Origin: Eledone cirrhosa
Taxonomy: Eukaryota
Assembly (NCBI GenBank): GCA_964016885.1
Contig: OZ024744.1
Span: forward strand, 63,984,001-64,048,000
DNA: 64,000 nucleotides
Direction: 5' to 3'
Shown here: in pieces, positions 23,081 through 35,343 of the stretch
Layout of the letters: the number at the start of each line of letters is the position of its first letter
Numbering within the stretch: position 1 is the first letter of the stretch
Made by a program: the position numbers and the translations under genes
Notes under the pieces: generated by a model
What the model saw: the letters and a program-made list of their open reading frames with translations, nothing else
Database searches by the model: none
Told to the model about the DNA's origin: nothing

Positions 23081-23539
23081 TTATATATATATATAAAAGG
23101 AAAAATGCAAAACTTATTTATAAAAATATACACTTCCTTTAAACATAAATTCTAAGTACCTTGATTTTATATAAAATTCTTCTTATATATGTTGTGTAAC
23201 TCTTTATGTTATCATCATCATCATCATCGTTTAATACCAATTTTCCATGCTAGCATAATCTATTAGTATTGGTTCTTCAATGGAAGTAGGAGCCAGTGTT
23301 GACAACAGTTACTGAGCCATAGTATATAGTAAAAATGAGTGAATTTTGTCCAAAGTTGAGAAGCTACTTCTATTTGTAACTGAAGTTGCAGAGATGGCCA
23401 GGAAAAGCTAAATTAATCTAACACTTTCAGACATAACAGACAAGAAATCTAAACTATAATAAAGTAAGGAGTGTGGGACTGCATAGGTTTATTTCTTTTA
23501 ATCCAGTTAGTAAAATAAGTTGGATTACTTTGAATAAAT

Positions 23540-23729
23540 AATTGTTTCTACTTTTGGCACAAGACCAGCAATTACCCAGTGCATTACTGGTACTTTATTT
23601 TATCGACCCCGTAAGGATGAAAGGCAAAGTAAACCTCGGCGACATTTGAACTCAGAATGGCAAGGACCATAACTCTATGCGTCAAAGCATGGCGTCCGAC
23701 CCTCTACCGATACTGCCAATCCACTGCCC
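23540..23729 (-). mobile_element. Full-length SINE family 1 with TSD
   Basis: Complete A-box to tail; ttgaataaat flanks both sides. Confidence 0.9.
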
Positions 23730-23995
23730 TTGAATAAATCCACCGATTACATTGAATAAATAATGAATGAATATTACATAATTTATGTACTAAATTTCGT
23801 AAATATAAATAATTTAAAATTGACTTCTTTTCAAAGTTTCAAATTTCTACACTTCCAGTATATCGTCACCACCACCACCACCACTTCAACTACCATATAT
23901 ATAGAAAGAGAGAGTTTGTGATGAGAGAGATAGAGAGTGATAGAGTGATTATGTTTTTCTACACAAACTTATAAAAATACAAGCTCACGGACATA

Positions 23996-24780
23996 CATTC
24001 AGATAAATACACATACTTTCACACATATACATTTACACAAACACACATTCACACATACATTTGCACAGACACACACATACAGTCATGATAGCAGCGTTTG
24101 GTGAATTGGAAATGGGAGGGTAAAACAAGTATAACGTTTTATTTATTTATTAATAACACAGTTTAACTCTTTATTTTTTAAACTCATTTGTATAAAAATT
24201 TAATATAATGCTTACAGAACGAAAACAAACAAGTATAATATATACAAAGGAAAGGAAAACGGAAAAAAGAAATAGAAAAATACACAAGCATGTAATACCC
24301 ACATCTAAGACCACATAGGCTGGATAATGTAGTTAACTAACAGAACACAGTATTTTAGGATTTTGTTCCGTTCAGCTGCAGATGCTGTAGCTCTCACCCT
24401 TACCGCTGCATCCAGGATGTGGGAAGAAGCAAAAGAGTCACGAACTGTGACGTCCCATTCACAGAAATACACACACTTTCACACAAACACATACATTCAC
24501 ACAAACACACATTCACACATACATTTACACAAACACACACAAATAGTCATGATAGCGTTCGGTGAATTGGAAATGGGAGGATAAAAGTACAACTTTTTAA
24601 TTTATTTATTAACAACACAGTTTAACTATTTTTTTTTTTTTAAACTCATTTGTATAAAAATTTAATATAATGATTACAGAACGAAAACTCTAACAAATAT
24701 GATATATACAAAGGAAAGGGAAATAAAAAAAAGAAAGAGAAAAAATACACAAACACGTAATACCCACATCTTAGACCACA
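23996..24780. repeat. Local direct duplication (~23996-24315 vs ~24457-24780) with a CRE fragment between the copies
   Basis: Both units carry (CA)-rich tract, gtcatgatag..ggtgaattggaaatgggagg and gtaatacccacatct..agaccaca. 24316-24456 duplicates 25048-25189. Confidence 0.85.
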
Positions 24781-25310
24781 CAGAACAATATGCAGGTGTA
24801 AGAGTGGAAAAACGAGACGCTACCAGAGAAAAAGTTAGCAATATAGCGAGGAGCACTGGGAAACCTCTCTAATAACTTTTGAGGCAAGCCAGCACGCTTG
24901 CAGCATTACCTGGAGTGATGGTGAGGCTGAGGTGCTGGAACAAACAAGTGCCTTCATGAACATCAGCAGTTACTTTTGTTTGGCGAGCCGCCAGTGAAGA
25001 TAAGAACCTCGCTGTCAGTAGCCTGACTCCCCCAAACGTCTCGAACGCCATAGGCTGGATAATGTAGTTAGCTGACAGAACACAGTATTTTAGGATTTTG
25101 TTCCGTTCAGCTGCGGATGCTGTAGCTCTCACCCTTACCGCTGTATCCAGGATGTGGGAAAAAGCAAGAGTCACTAACTGTGACGTCCCAGGTAAGGCAC
25201 CTGACTCTTGACCAGGAGCACAGACTAAGATTGTCAAGTCTTTTCCCATCAATTCTGGACAACCCAGACAGTTCCAAAATTGAGGGGATGTTTGCCCAAG
25301 CCAAAGCTCT
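24781..25310 (-). mobile_element. CRE-clade non-LTR retrotransposon C-terminal REL fragment
   Basis: DGKRLD..W..LTWDVTV, AAERNKILKY, PMAFETFG and LFQHLS..GNAASVL motifs, frameshifted. Confidence 0.8.
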
Positions 25311-25489
25311 TGAGTGGTAATAGGACAGTGTGTGTATGTGCATGCGCGAGTTTGTCAGCGTTCTTAAGATGTGTGTGTCACTGTTTTTAAGTTAGAAACA
25401 TATATGTGTGTATCCCTTTCTTTCCTTTTACACACACATACATTCACACAAACACACATACACATTGTGTGATGGATGGGTAGACAGAA

Positions 25490-26065
25490 GTCCCTCAAAT
25501 TTATAACATGTGAATGTAGTTCTACTGAAGCAGTTAGAGAAGTTCAAGTATCTCGGGGCCATGTTCATGAGTGATGGAATGTAGGAGGCTGAATTAAGTT
25601 CAAGAATTGCAAAAGCTGATGCAGTAATGCGCCAGCCTCCGCATTCAACAATCAGAAGAGGGGGGGGGGGTGTAAAAGCCAAACTCGCTGTCTTCCTGGA
25701 ATTCCTGCCAACTCTTACCAAGGATCATGAATTGACCAAAAGAATACAATTGCAAATAAAAACGGCAGAAATGGGATTCCTTCAAAGGGTCTTTAGAGTA
25801 ACATTATGCGATAAAGTGCATAGCTCAGAGACCAGAGAGTCACTCCTGGTAGAGCTGCTACTTCTCTGTATTGAGATATCACAACTCCAATATTAGAATG
25901 TCTCAGTAAAGAATCGCTGGACACATTTTACAGGCAAAACTAACCGTCAAGAGACCCAGCTGGATCAGTTAGTGATGTTTGCTTCTGACAGACTCGCTGG
26001 AAGGAGTGTTAGTGAAGGACTCTGCCCCCATGACCCTCTAAGAAATAAGTGGGCAAAGAAGAAGA
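25490..26065 (+). mobile_element. Degenerate RTE (Expander/Rex3-like) 3' fragment
   Basis: EKFKYLG, ELSSRIAKA and AEMGFLQRV..L.DKV.SS..RE.L motifs; (GAA)n-like end. Confidence 0.7.
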
Positions 26066-26704
26066 TATTGTTAATTTACTTTTCAATTTACCTATATATA
26101 TTTGCGTATAATACCAATATACACACTACATATGCTAGCAGAAAACCGCCCAAGGGCAGATTTTCTGCTAGTCCATTTAATGAAGTAACTCTAAACTGGC
26201 ATTGTCATAAGACACATATCTGAGTTCACTTACCAGAGATTTATAATCAAACATATTAGGGCATTAGCACTGTAAATTGTCTATATATTACACAAGGAAT
26301 GCTTGGGCAAACACTTCAAACTTATTCACATCAATTAATTCAAAATATAAAAAATGCTTCAATTAATTTTTTTTTAAATTATAATAATTTGTGTTACAAA
26401 CAGAAACATTCAAAAGTGGTTCAAAACTTTAAACTTTAAACCAGGATTTTTCACTCTTTCATTTGTGGATTTTTTTTTTATCAGAAAATTTATTTGGCAA
26501 CATGTCACTCATATAAGTATTTTACTCTGTAATGCTTCATGTTATAGCCTCCTTGTTTCACTGAGTTACATTTTCACTGAGTTACATTTTCTGAACTTGA
26601 TTCATATAACAATATTGTGAACACTAACATTTGTTCAAGCCAACATTTTAAACTATGAAATTGTAAACAAAGCTATATTCCTTGATACATACATACTTAC
26701 ATAC

Positions 26705-26877
26705 AAAGGCGTTAGGAAGTTCATCCAGCCATAGGAAACCAGCTAGAAACACTCCTATATCAGCGAGACACGGTCACCCAACCAATCTTGCCTCAAGTGG
26801 GACAAACCTGTCTAACCAATGCTAATGTGGAAGATAGATGTTAAACGATGATGATGAGGATGATGATGAATGATGAT
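26705..26877 (+). mobile_element. Short stand-alone RTE 3' module (non-autonomous)
   Basis: ggcgttaggaag..catccagc..gtctaacc.atgcta..(gat)n. Similar modules at ~33450-33683, 38180-38372, 38575-38745, 39335-39570 (-), 48835-49260 and 55680-55950. Confidence 0.75.
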
Positions 26878-26969
26878 ACACATACCTACATACAAATACA
26901 CAGGCACACACACACACATAATGGCTGTCAACACATTAGACCAGTAAGACCATCACTGACAAATAATAT

Positions 26970-29147
26970 ATGCATGTTTTGCAACGTGAGGACCAGAAAC
27001 AGGAGGTGTTCAAGATTGCGAGGCAGTGTGTCAGAGAGAATTGTGATGTCAGTAGAGAGAAGTGTATCCGGAATGATAAAGGTGAGCTTGCCCTCACAAG
27101 TGCTGAGAAGAAAGATGCATGGAAGAGTCATTATGATAGATTACTAAATGAGGAGAATGCATGGGAAGAAGAGACCCTACCCAAGTAGAACCTATAGAGG
27201 GGCCAGCAGTACAAATCAGCAGCAGCGTAGTAAGTAAGGCAATCAAAGATATGAAGATGGGGAAGGCAACCGGCCCATCGGGTATAGCTGCCGAGATGCT
27301 GAAGGTCACACTATAACCACACGTATTGTTAACCAGGTAATACTAGAAGGTGTCATACCAAAAGATTGGTGCAGTAGCATCATTGTCAACTGCTACAAAG
27401 GTAAAGGTGATCCACTAGATAGAGGAAACTATAGAGGTATAAAGCTGATGGACCAGGTAACAGAAGGTAACAGAAAGAGTTAAAGCACAGTTGATTAGGG
27501 ACCGGGTGAAACTAGATGAGATGCAATTTGGGTTTGTACCAGGAAGGTTTGTACCACTGATGCCCTCTTCCTTGTGAGGCAGTTACAGGAAAAGTACCTA
27601 GCTAAAAGTAAGCCACTCTACCTGGCATTTGTCGATCTCGAGAAAGCCTTTGACAGAGTACCACGTGCTGTAATCTGGTGGGCTCTTAGAAAACTAGGAG
27701 TAGATGAATGGCTTGTGAAAGCTGTACAAGCCATGTATAGGGGAACAGTCAGCAAAGTTAGGATTAGCAATGAGTATAGTGAAGATTTTAGCGTACTGGT
27801 TGGTGTCCACCAGGGCTCTGTTCTTAGCCCTCTCCTGTTCATCATAGTCCTGCAGGCAATAACAGAGAAGTTTAAGACCGGATGCCCATGGGAACTCCTG
27901 TACGCTGATGACCTCACACTTATAGCTGAATCTATGGTAGAACTAGAGAAGAAATTCCAAACTTGGAAGCAGGGACTAGAAAGAAAGGGTCTCAAAGTCA
28001 ACATGACAAAGACTAAGGTCCTTGTAAGTAGACGAGAAAACAGAACCCAGATCCCCTCAGGGAAATGGCCTTGCTCAGTATGTAGGAAAGGTGTAGGTAG
28101 GAACTCCATTCTCTGCCCCAAATGCAAACAATGGGTACACAAGAGATGTAGTGGGATCTCAGGAAGCTTAATTAAGAATGTAGGCTTCACATGCAGCAGC
28201 TGTGCTGGGACAGCAAGCAGCAAACAGCCACAGGAAACAAGTACCACCAATCTCTGGGAGGGCTCTGTAGAAACAGTATACAGCTTCTGCTACCTAGGTG
28301 ACTGAATTAGCAGCGGAGGTGGGTGTTCAGAAAGTACAATAACTAGGGTAAGAACGGGATGGAAGAAGTTCAGGGAACTACTGCCACTGCTAGCTGCAAA
28401 AGGCTTCTCCCTCAAAATGAAAGGTAGACTGTATGATGCGTGTATCCGAACAGCAATGTTGCATGGTAGTGAGACCTGGGCGCTGAAGGTGGAAGACTTA
28501 CGTAGATTAGAAAGAAACGAAGCCTGCATGCTCCGATGGATGTGTAATAGTAATATACGCGAACGACAAAGCATAAATGAATTGAGAGAGAGACTGAGCA
28601 TAAGAGGAATCAAATGCTGTGTGCAGGAGAGGAGGTTGCGTTGGTATGGACATGTGATGCATATGAAGGATGACAGCTGCATTAAAAGGTGCAGAGCACT
28701 AGAAGTCAATGAAAACCGCGGAGTGGGGAGACCCAAGAAGACCTGGGATGAGGTGATAAAAGCCGACCTTACCCAATTACACCTCTCAAAGGTGATGACA
28801 CATACCGTGACCTCTGGCATCACGCTGTAATACAGAGTACCCGACCTCCCATGGGTACAAGCTGAAGCATATAGACAATATGCCCCCCACTCCCTCTCAC
28901 TGCAAAAAAGCACCCAGCCCACACTGTAAAGTGGACGTGTAGGCGCCACGAAAAAGCACCCAGCACTCACTGTAAATGAGGTTGGTGTTAGGAAGGGCAT
29001 CCAGCTGTAGAAATCAAGCCAAATCAGTTCCTGTATGAGCAAGGCATGGTCAGCCGACCAGACACTGCCCACAACAGGACAACCCGTCTAACCCATGCTA
29101 GCATGGAAAAACGGACGTAAAACGGTGGTGATGAGGATGATGATGAT
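26970..29147 (+). mobile_element. RTE LINE subfamily alpha, 5'-truncated
   Basis: ORFs 27574-28305 (FVDLEKAFD, LYADD, PHD) and 28417-28830. 3' UTR and (GAT)n tail. Confidence 0.93.
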
Positions 29148-29605
29148 ATTAGTGGTTGTGGCTTTTAAACCCTGCTAGAGACTTACATGTTTTGTTACAT
29201 AAAATGCATTGGAAATCACTCATTTTGCTCTTCAGTGTGTTCTGGACCATGACTGTGCATTTTTTAATGCTCTGTAATTCCTAACTTATTTGAAAATCAT
29301 CTGCCACATGTACCTCATGTCAAATTGGTTGCAAGGAATTGCTCATTTTGGACCAGTGGCATCAATGAGAACCACAGAGAAATCAATAGAGAAAAGTGTA
29401 GGAGCCATGAATGAGATACCCCTACTGAACACCATTTTTAACTTTGATTGGCTCTGAAATAATACCACAGATTTCCAGAATGAGTTCATGTTCATGCATG
29501 ATTTCTCCTAGTCTTTTACCACCTTATCTGAAAGTCTCTATGAACAATCCATCCTTTCCTTGCAGCTTTACCTATGTTATGTTTCTTGATGCTAATATAT
29601 ACATA

Positions 29606-29837
29606 CCCTTTTGTTACCAGCTCAACCAAAACCAACTCTGGTTCTATGAAATAAAACCACCCATTTTAAAGGTTTCCAATTTAAACTAAAATCTTCCAAC
29701 ATAATTTTATATAAGAACCTTACATTAAGTTACTATCTTAGTAATGAAATAATTAATAATTTTAGTAAATCCCTCAAAATTCTTCATTAATGTATTGAAA
29801 TAGAATGTATTTCATTAGAAAGGCAGTCATGAAAAGG
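29606..29837. mobile_element. piggyBac-type MITE P1, second copy
   Basis: Homologous to 3341-3574; ends aaaagg|TTAA. Confidence 0.75.
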
Positions 29838-29849
29838 TTAAAAAACAGA

Positions 29850-30450
29850 GTTTTATGAATCATTAAGGAATACTCTGCAGTCAATTCCACATGTCAATAA
29901 AATAATTATTCTGGGAGATTTTAATGTATGCGTGGGTAAAGATTGGGAAACATGAAGCTGTCTTGGAAGATATAGAGTTAGGAAAGCTAATAGAAATGGT
30001 CTGACCCGGCTGGAGCTGTGTACTGAGTTCAACCTGTATATCTCGAGCATACATGTCCAGCAGAGAGCGAATCAATGCACAACACCCAGTTACTCGACAG
30101 TAGCATTTAATCAATTATGTAACAGTTCCCAAACATGACATTCAGGATGTCTGTAATGTCTGTTCTATGCTAGGTGCTGAGTATTGGACTGACCACTGAA
30201 TTTGGTAAAAGAAAAATGTACTTAGTAATAAATCTAGCAGCTAGAAATCATAACACCGTTAAGCTTCCAAAATATCTTGATGTTAGTAAGCTGAGATTTC
30301 CACAAATTCAAGCCACTTTACATGAACATATTATTACCATCGATGACACCTTTTTGGGGGTTGCAGTCAGAGAGGAACTTTACAATGCAGCACATGAAAC
30401 TCTTTGCACTATTACCACAAAAAAATAGGGATTGGTTTGATAAAAATGAT
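29850..30450 (+). mobile_element. Degenerate BovB-type AP-endonuclease fragment
   Basis: IIILGDFNVCVG, gactgaccac (TDH) and DWFDKND remnants. Confidence 0.65.
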
Positions 30451-30459
30451 CAGGAGATA

Positions 30460-33030
30460 AAAAAAACATTGTTGAAGAATGCCATCAGAGGGAAAATGTT
30501 GAAAAAAGTCTTATCAAGAAAAAGACAATGTCAACTAGAAGAAAAGCCAACACACATGCACATACATACAAAGCTCAATCTCTGTAAATGACACCCTTTC
30601 AAAAGAACAGGTTGAGAGCTACTAGAGATCTGTATGGAAAACAAATGATGGATTTAGCAAACAAACTAAATGGCTAAAAGAACTGGAAAAGGACTACTGC
30701 CAGCATGTCCAGACAAAACAATATGACATAGATGGGTCAATACTAGAAACAGCTCTACAGAAAATGTCGAATAGGAAATCACAAGGCACATACCTAATAA
30801 CAGGATACTGGCTGAAGAATTTCACCTTCTATCGGCAAGATCTCATACGGCTGTTCAGAGAAACCATCAAAGGCACACAAGAACTGCCCCAATGGTTATC
30901 AACTGCCACTACTCACCAAAAAATAGCCAGACCACCCTTGTTAAAAATTACCACTCAATAGCCTGCCAGAACATCCTGTATAAATTATACACTGGGTGCC
31001 TTAATCTGTTCTTACAGGATCATTGTGCCACCAAGAAAATTATAACACCTGAGAAAGCTGGTGGAAAGAAGGAGGTGTAGGGCTACATAGATCACCTACT
31101 AACAAATAAAATGATACGGGAAAAAAACAGCAAAGAATAGCAGGAACATGACTGTGGTGTGGCTGGACTATCAAAAGGTTTTTGATAGTGTACCTCATGA
31201 GTAGATTATTAAGGCTTTACAGTTAGCCAAAGTCCCACAACCACTGATAGCTGCTGTTGAACATGTGACTAAGAACTGGTTCACCAATTTGATCTTTAGA
31301 GGTGAGAAGGAGCAAATTGAGACTGATACGATACACTACCAGAAAGGCATCTTTCAGGGTGATAGCTTATCAGTGCTGCTCTTCGTCCTCACACTAAACC
31401 CACTATCATACCTGCTCACAAAACAAAGTGGTCATGGAAGTGGGTCCAGAAGTATCTCCCATCTTTTCTTTGTTGATGACCTGAAGTTGTATGGACCAAA
31501 TATCAACTATATTAAAACAATTGGACCTCATTACACAGTTTTCAACAGACATCAAAATGAAATTTGTTGAGTCCAAATGTGCATATTTGACAGTAAAACG
31601 TGGAAGGGTTGTGCCCTCCTCTGGAAATCTAGAGATGAAGGGCTTGACAATACAACCTATACAGTCAGGTGACAACTACAGATATGTTGGACAGGATGAG
31701 AATGTCAAATATGATGGACCCATAAATAAGGAGAGAACCAGAACTAAATATGTCAAGGGAGTAAAGGAAATATGGTCATCAGAAGTATCAGCGTACAACA
31801 AATACATTGCCCACAATACTTATGCTGTGCCAATCCTAACACCAACATTTAGCCTGCTGAACTGGTCATTGCAAGAACTAAGTGAGATGGATGTAAGAAC
31901 TCGCAAGCTTCTCAGTGTTACTGGAAACTTTAACATCAATGGTGATGTTACAAGGTGTGATTCTCACACAAAAAAGGTGGCCGGGGTCTCAAATCCATAT
32001 TAACATCATACAAGACCCAAATAGTAACACTACAGCAACATCATCAACAGAAGAAAAAGGTCAGCAACCATCTTGCCCAGGTATGAGCATGAAGGGAATA
32101 ATATCATTAGGATAGCCACTGATCTGGAGGAGAGATATGGAATAAGGTCTGATATAAATCTCTCTCCTAGGAACATTGGAAGATCCTATTCAATGCTCAA
32201 ACAATATTTTAAAAAATGGCCCAATTTACAAGGAAGGTTGTGCATGGATACCTGAGACGAAGGGATAAATCATTCAAAAAGCCTGGCATGGAGTTCTGAC
32301 AAGTTTATGACATCCCACCTTGAAGGATATCTCTATGCAATACAGGAACAAGAAATCCCTACCAAATATCTGCTACGCAAAAGAGGAGGGCCATCAGTCA
32401 ACAATAAATGTAGGCTATGTAAAACAAAGATCGAAGATGTTAGCCGCATTGTTGCCAACTGTGAAAGAATGTTGTGTCGCTACTACCTCCCTATAAGACA
32501 CAATGTAATAGCTAGAACCATCTTGAACGCACTTAGGAAAACAAAATTTAAAAGATGAGGAGGAATATGTTGATTTAGATGGACTAAAGAATACTAGTGG
32601 AACCTGAAAATAAAAATTGACACCAAATCAAAGCACAACTGGCCTGATATTGTTGTTTGGGACAACACATTAAAAATATGCTCTGTTGTAGAGATCAGCT
32701 GCCCATTTGATGTCAAAGTTGTAAGGAAAATACAGGAGAAGGAGGACATCCATTGATGAAGAGTTTGCAGATCCCCAGTATCCAAGATACACCTTCAGCT
32801 TCATACCCATCCTTATTGGAGCTACAGGTTATATACCAACCCGCTTGGACCAAAATATGACTGAACTTGGATTTGTGGACAAAGAGCACAGCTCCCTAAT
32901 TCATAGACTACAAATGGCTGCGATAGCTGGCACCTTCAAGGGATGACAATTTCTTTTCTTTTACAACCTTGCCACTAGGAAAGTGGCCAGTCAAAAATGT
33001 ACTTGAAATTAAAAGTAAGAGAAATATACA
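30460..33030 (+). mobile_element. Second R4-clade LINE family (RT-CCHC-REL), degenerate
   Basis: WLDYQKVFDSVPH, GIFQGDSLS, HLFFVDDLKLY, CRLC..IVANC, RHN, PDIVV and EISCP motifs. Further fragments at ~33095-33440 and 33685-34050. Confidence 0.87.
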
Positions 33031-33809
33031 TACACACATACAAACACACACATACATACATACAGACAAACACACACACACACGCACACATACAAGATGG
33101 ATCTAAGGACATGCAGGCAGGCAGCTCAGTGTTAGTGAAAACTTTAACGTCAATGGTAAAATGAATAGGTTACATTTCCAATGCATGGAGAGTGGCCAGG
33201 ACATATAAACATTGTATGAGACCCAGATAGTGACAGTAAAGCAACATCTTCATCAGAAGAAAAAGGTCTGTAACTATCTTACCCATGTTTATGAGCATGA
33301 AGATAACTACATTGTTAAGACAACCATTGAACTTGAGGAGAGACATGAAATAAAAGCTGACACAGATCTCTCTCCCATGTATTCAGGAACAAGAAATCCC
33401 CACTGAACAAAAGTGGAAGGTCATCAGTTAACAATAAATATAGACATGTCAGAAAGTGCCCAGCCCACACTGTAAAGAGGTTGTGTAGGTGTCACAACAA
33501 AAAGCACCCAGTTCTCACTGTAAATGAGGTTGGCATTAGAAAGGACATCCAGCTGTAGAAACCAAGCCAGAGTCAGTTCTGTATGAGCAAAACGTGGTCA
33601 TCTGACCTGGCATTGCCTACAACAGGACAACTCATCTAACCTATGTTAGCATGGAAGAATGGACGTAAAATGGTGATGATGATGTGCAAAACTAAGACCG
33701 AAGATATCAGCCACATTATTGCCAACTGTGAAAGAATGTCTTCTTATTACTACCTTCCCATAAGGCATGATATGATAGCTATAATGATCTGGAATGTATT
33801 ACAGAAGAT

Positions 33810-33930
33810 AATAATTGTTTCTACTTTAGGCACAAGGCCAGCAATTACCCAGTGTATTACTGGTACTTTATTTTATTGACCCCGTAAGGATGAAAGACAA
33901 AGTCAACCTCGGCGGGATTTGAACTCAGAT
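33810..33930 (-). mobile_element. SINE family 1 fragment
   Basis: aattgtttctac..gtactttattttattgacccc..ggatttgaactcag. Confidence 0.85.
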
Positions 33931-35016
33931 TATACAGGGAGTTAAGTCTATGTATTACAGAAGATAATAATAAAAACAAATAGGGAGGAATATATTGTGA
34001 CTGATGGCTCAAAGTAATATTGGTGGAACCTAAAAATAAAAACTACCAGCAAATTAAAATACATTTTGTTTTGGGATTCACTCTCTTTCTCCATTCTCTA
34101 GAGAAGACAATGGAAGAGCGTTGATATGTGAAAAAGAGAAAGAGAGAGTAAAAAAGGGAATGATAGGTAATAGAATATGAGAGGGAAAATCTTAGAGAAA
34201 AGGAAATAGATAGAAAAAGAGAGAGAAACACATCAAGAGAGGGAGATAGAAAAAGATAATTAATTTATGTTGTATGGTGCAGTCCTCTCCAAGGAAGAAC
34301 AAAGTATTCACAACAATCTGCCTATCCAGTTTTCTAACAAGTAAAAAGTCAATCTGGCTTATGTGTTCACCTGATTAGTAGGTGATCAAGTGGCTGGCTG
34401 GTTTTCTGAAGTTAGTGTTGCAAATGGTTAGTTCATTTGCATTACAGAACTCTAGGATCCTTACTTCTTCTTCCTCGAACCATAACCATAGCTGTGAATT
34501 CCTGTGTAGCCATGCTGGTGCTGGCCAACATGTCCTTTGAAATTACCAGCTAGGATGACAGGTCTCATCTGCAATTGAAGTTGTCTGTAAAAGTTCCTTT
34601 ACTTTGTTGATCTTTACTCTATGCTGCATAGAGTAGAGATTAATGAGACAATTGTCTGACTATTCCAAGCTTGATAATTCTGTCACTTACTCTAATTACA
34701 CCAATTACCTTGTAGCAAGAGTTGTCTCCCTTGTTGTGACACTCACATCACCAATAGATTAACGGTCTCTAGACAGGAAGTAGCTGGAGTTACTTCCCGT
34801 TGGGGTGGCAGAACCCTTTTTGTCACTTCCGTCTTGAGACCCTATAAAAGGGACACTCAGAGTGATCGCTACCTCTCATTTGCCTTTCGGCTCCTGGCCT
34901 TCTAACCTGCCTGGCCCTTCGGCCAGGCGCGTTTGTCTGGCAACCCTAACACGGCCTCTTGCGAGTAAATTTCAAAACGGTAACAAATAACTTTACTTCA
35001 TTATTTCATCTACTTT

Positions 35017-35205
35017 AGGGCGGTGGATTGGCAGTATCGGTAGAGGGTCGGATGCCATGCTTTGACGCTTAGAGTTACGGCCTTTTCCATTCTGAGTTCA
35101 AATCCCGCCGAGGTTAACTTTGCCTTTCATCCTTACGGGGTCGATAAAATAAAGTACCAGTCATGTACTGGGTAATTGCTGGCCTTGTGCCAAAAGTAGA
35201 AACAA
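35017..35205 (+). mobile_element. Full-length SINE family 1 inserted in the 5' LTR
   Basis: 16-bp TSD ttatttcatct(a/t)cttt at 35001-35016 and 35206-35221. Absent from the other two LTR copies. Confidence 0.93.
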
Positions 35206-35331
35206 TTATTTCATCTTCTTTCATTGACTTGTCAACCATTCTGTTCTACATACTGCAACTTGTTAATTAAACGTTATATACACAAACCGAGTCTCCTGTT
35301 ATATTCATACACACCAGTATTTTGTTATAAG

Positions 35332-35343
35332 TGGTGACCCCGA
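35332..35343 (+). promoter_or_regulatory. Primer-binding site complementary to the tRNA-Trp 3' end
   Basis: TGGTGACCCCGA is the complement of ..UCGGGGUCACCA, 2 nt after the LTR. Confidence 0.85.
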
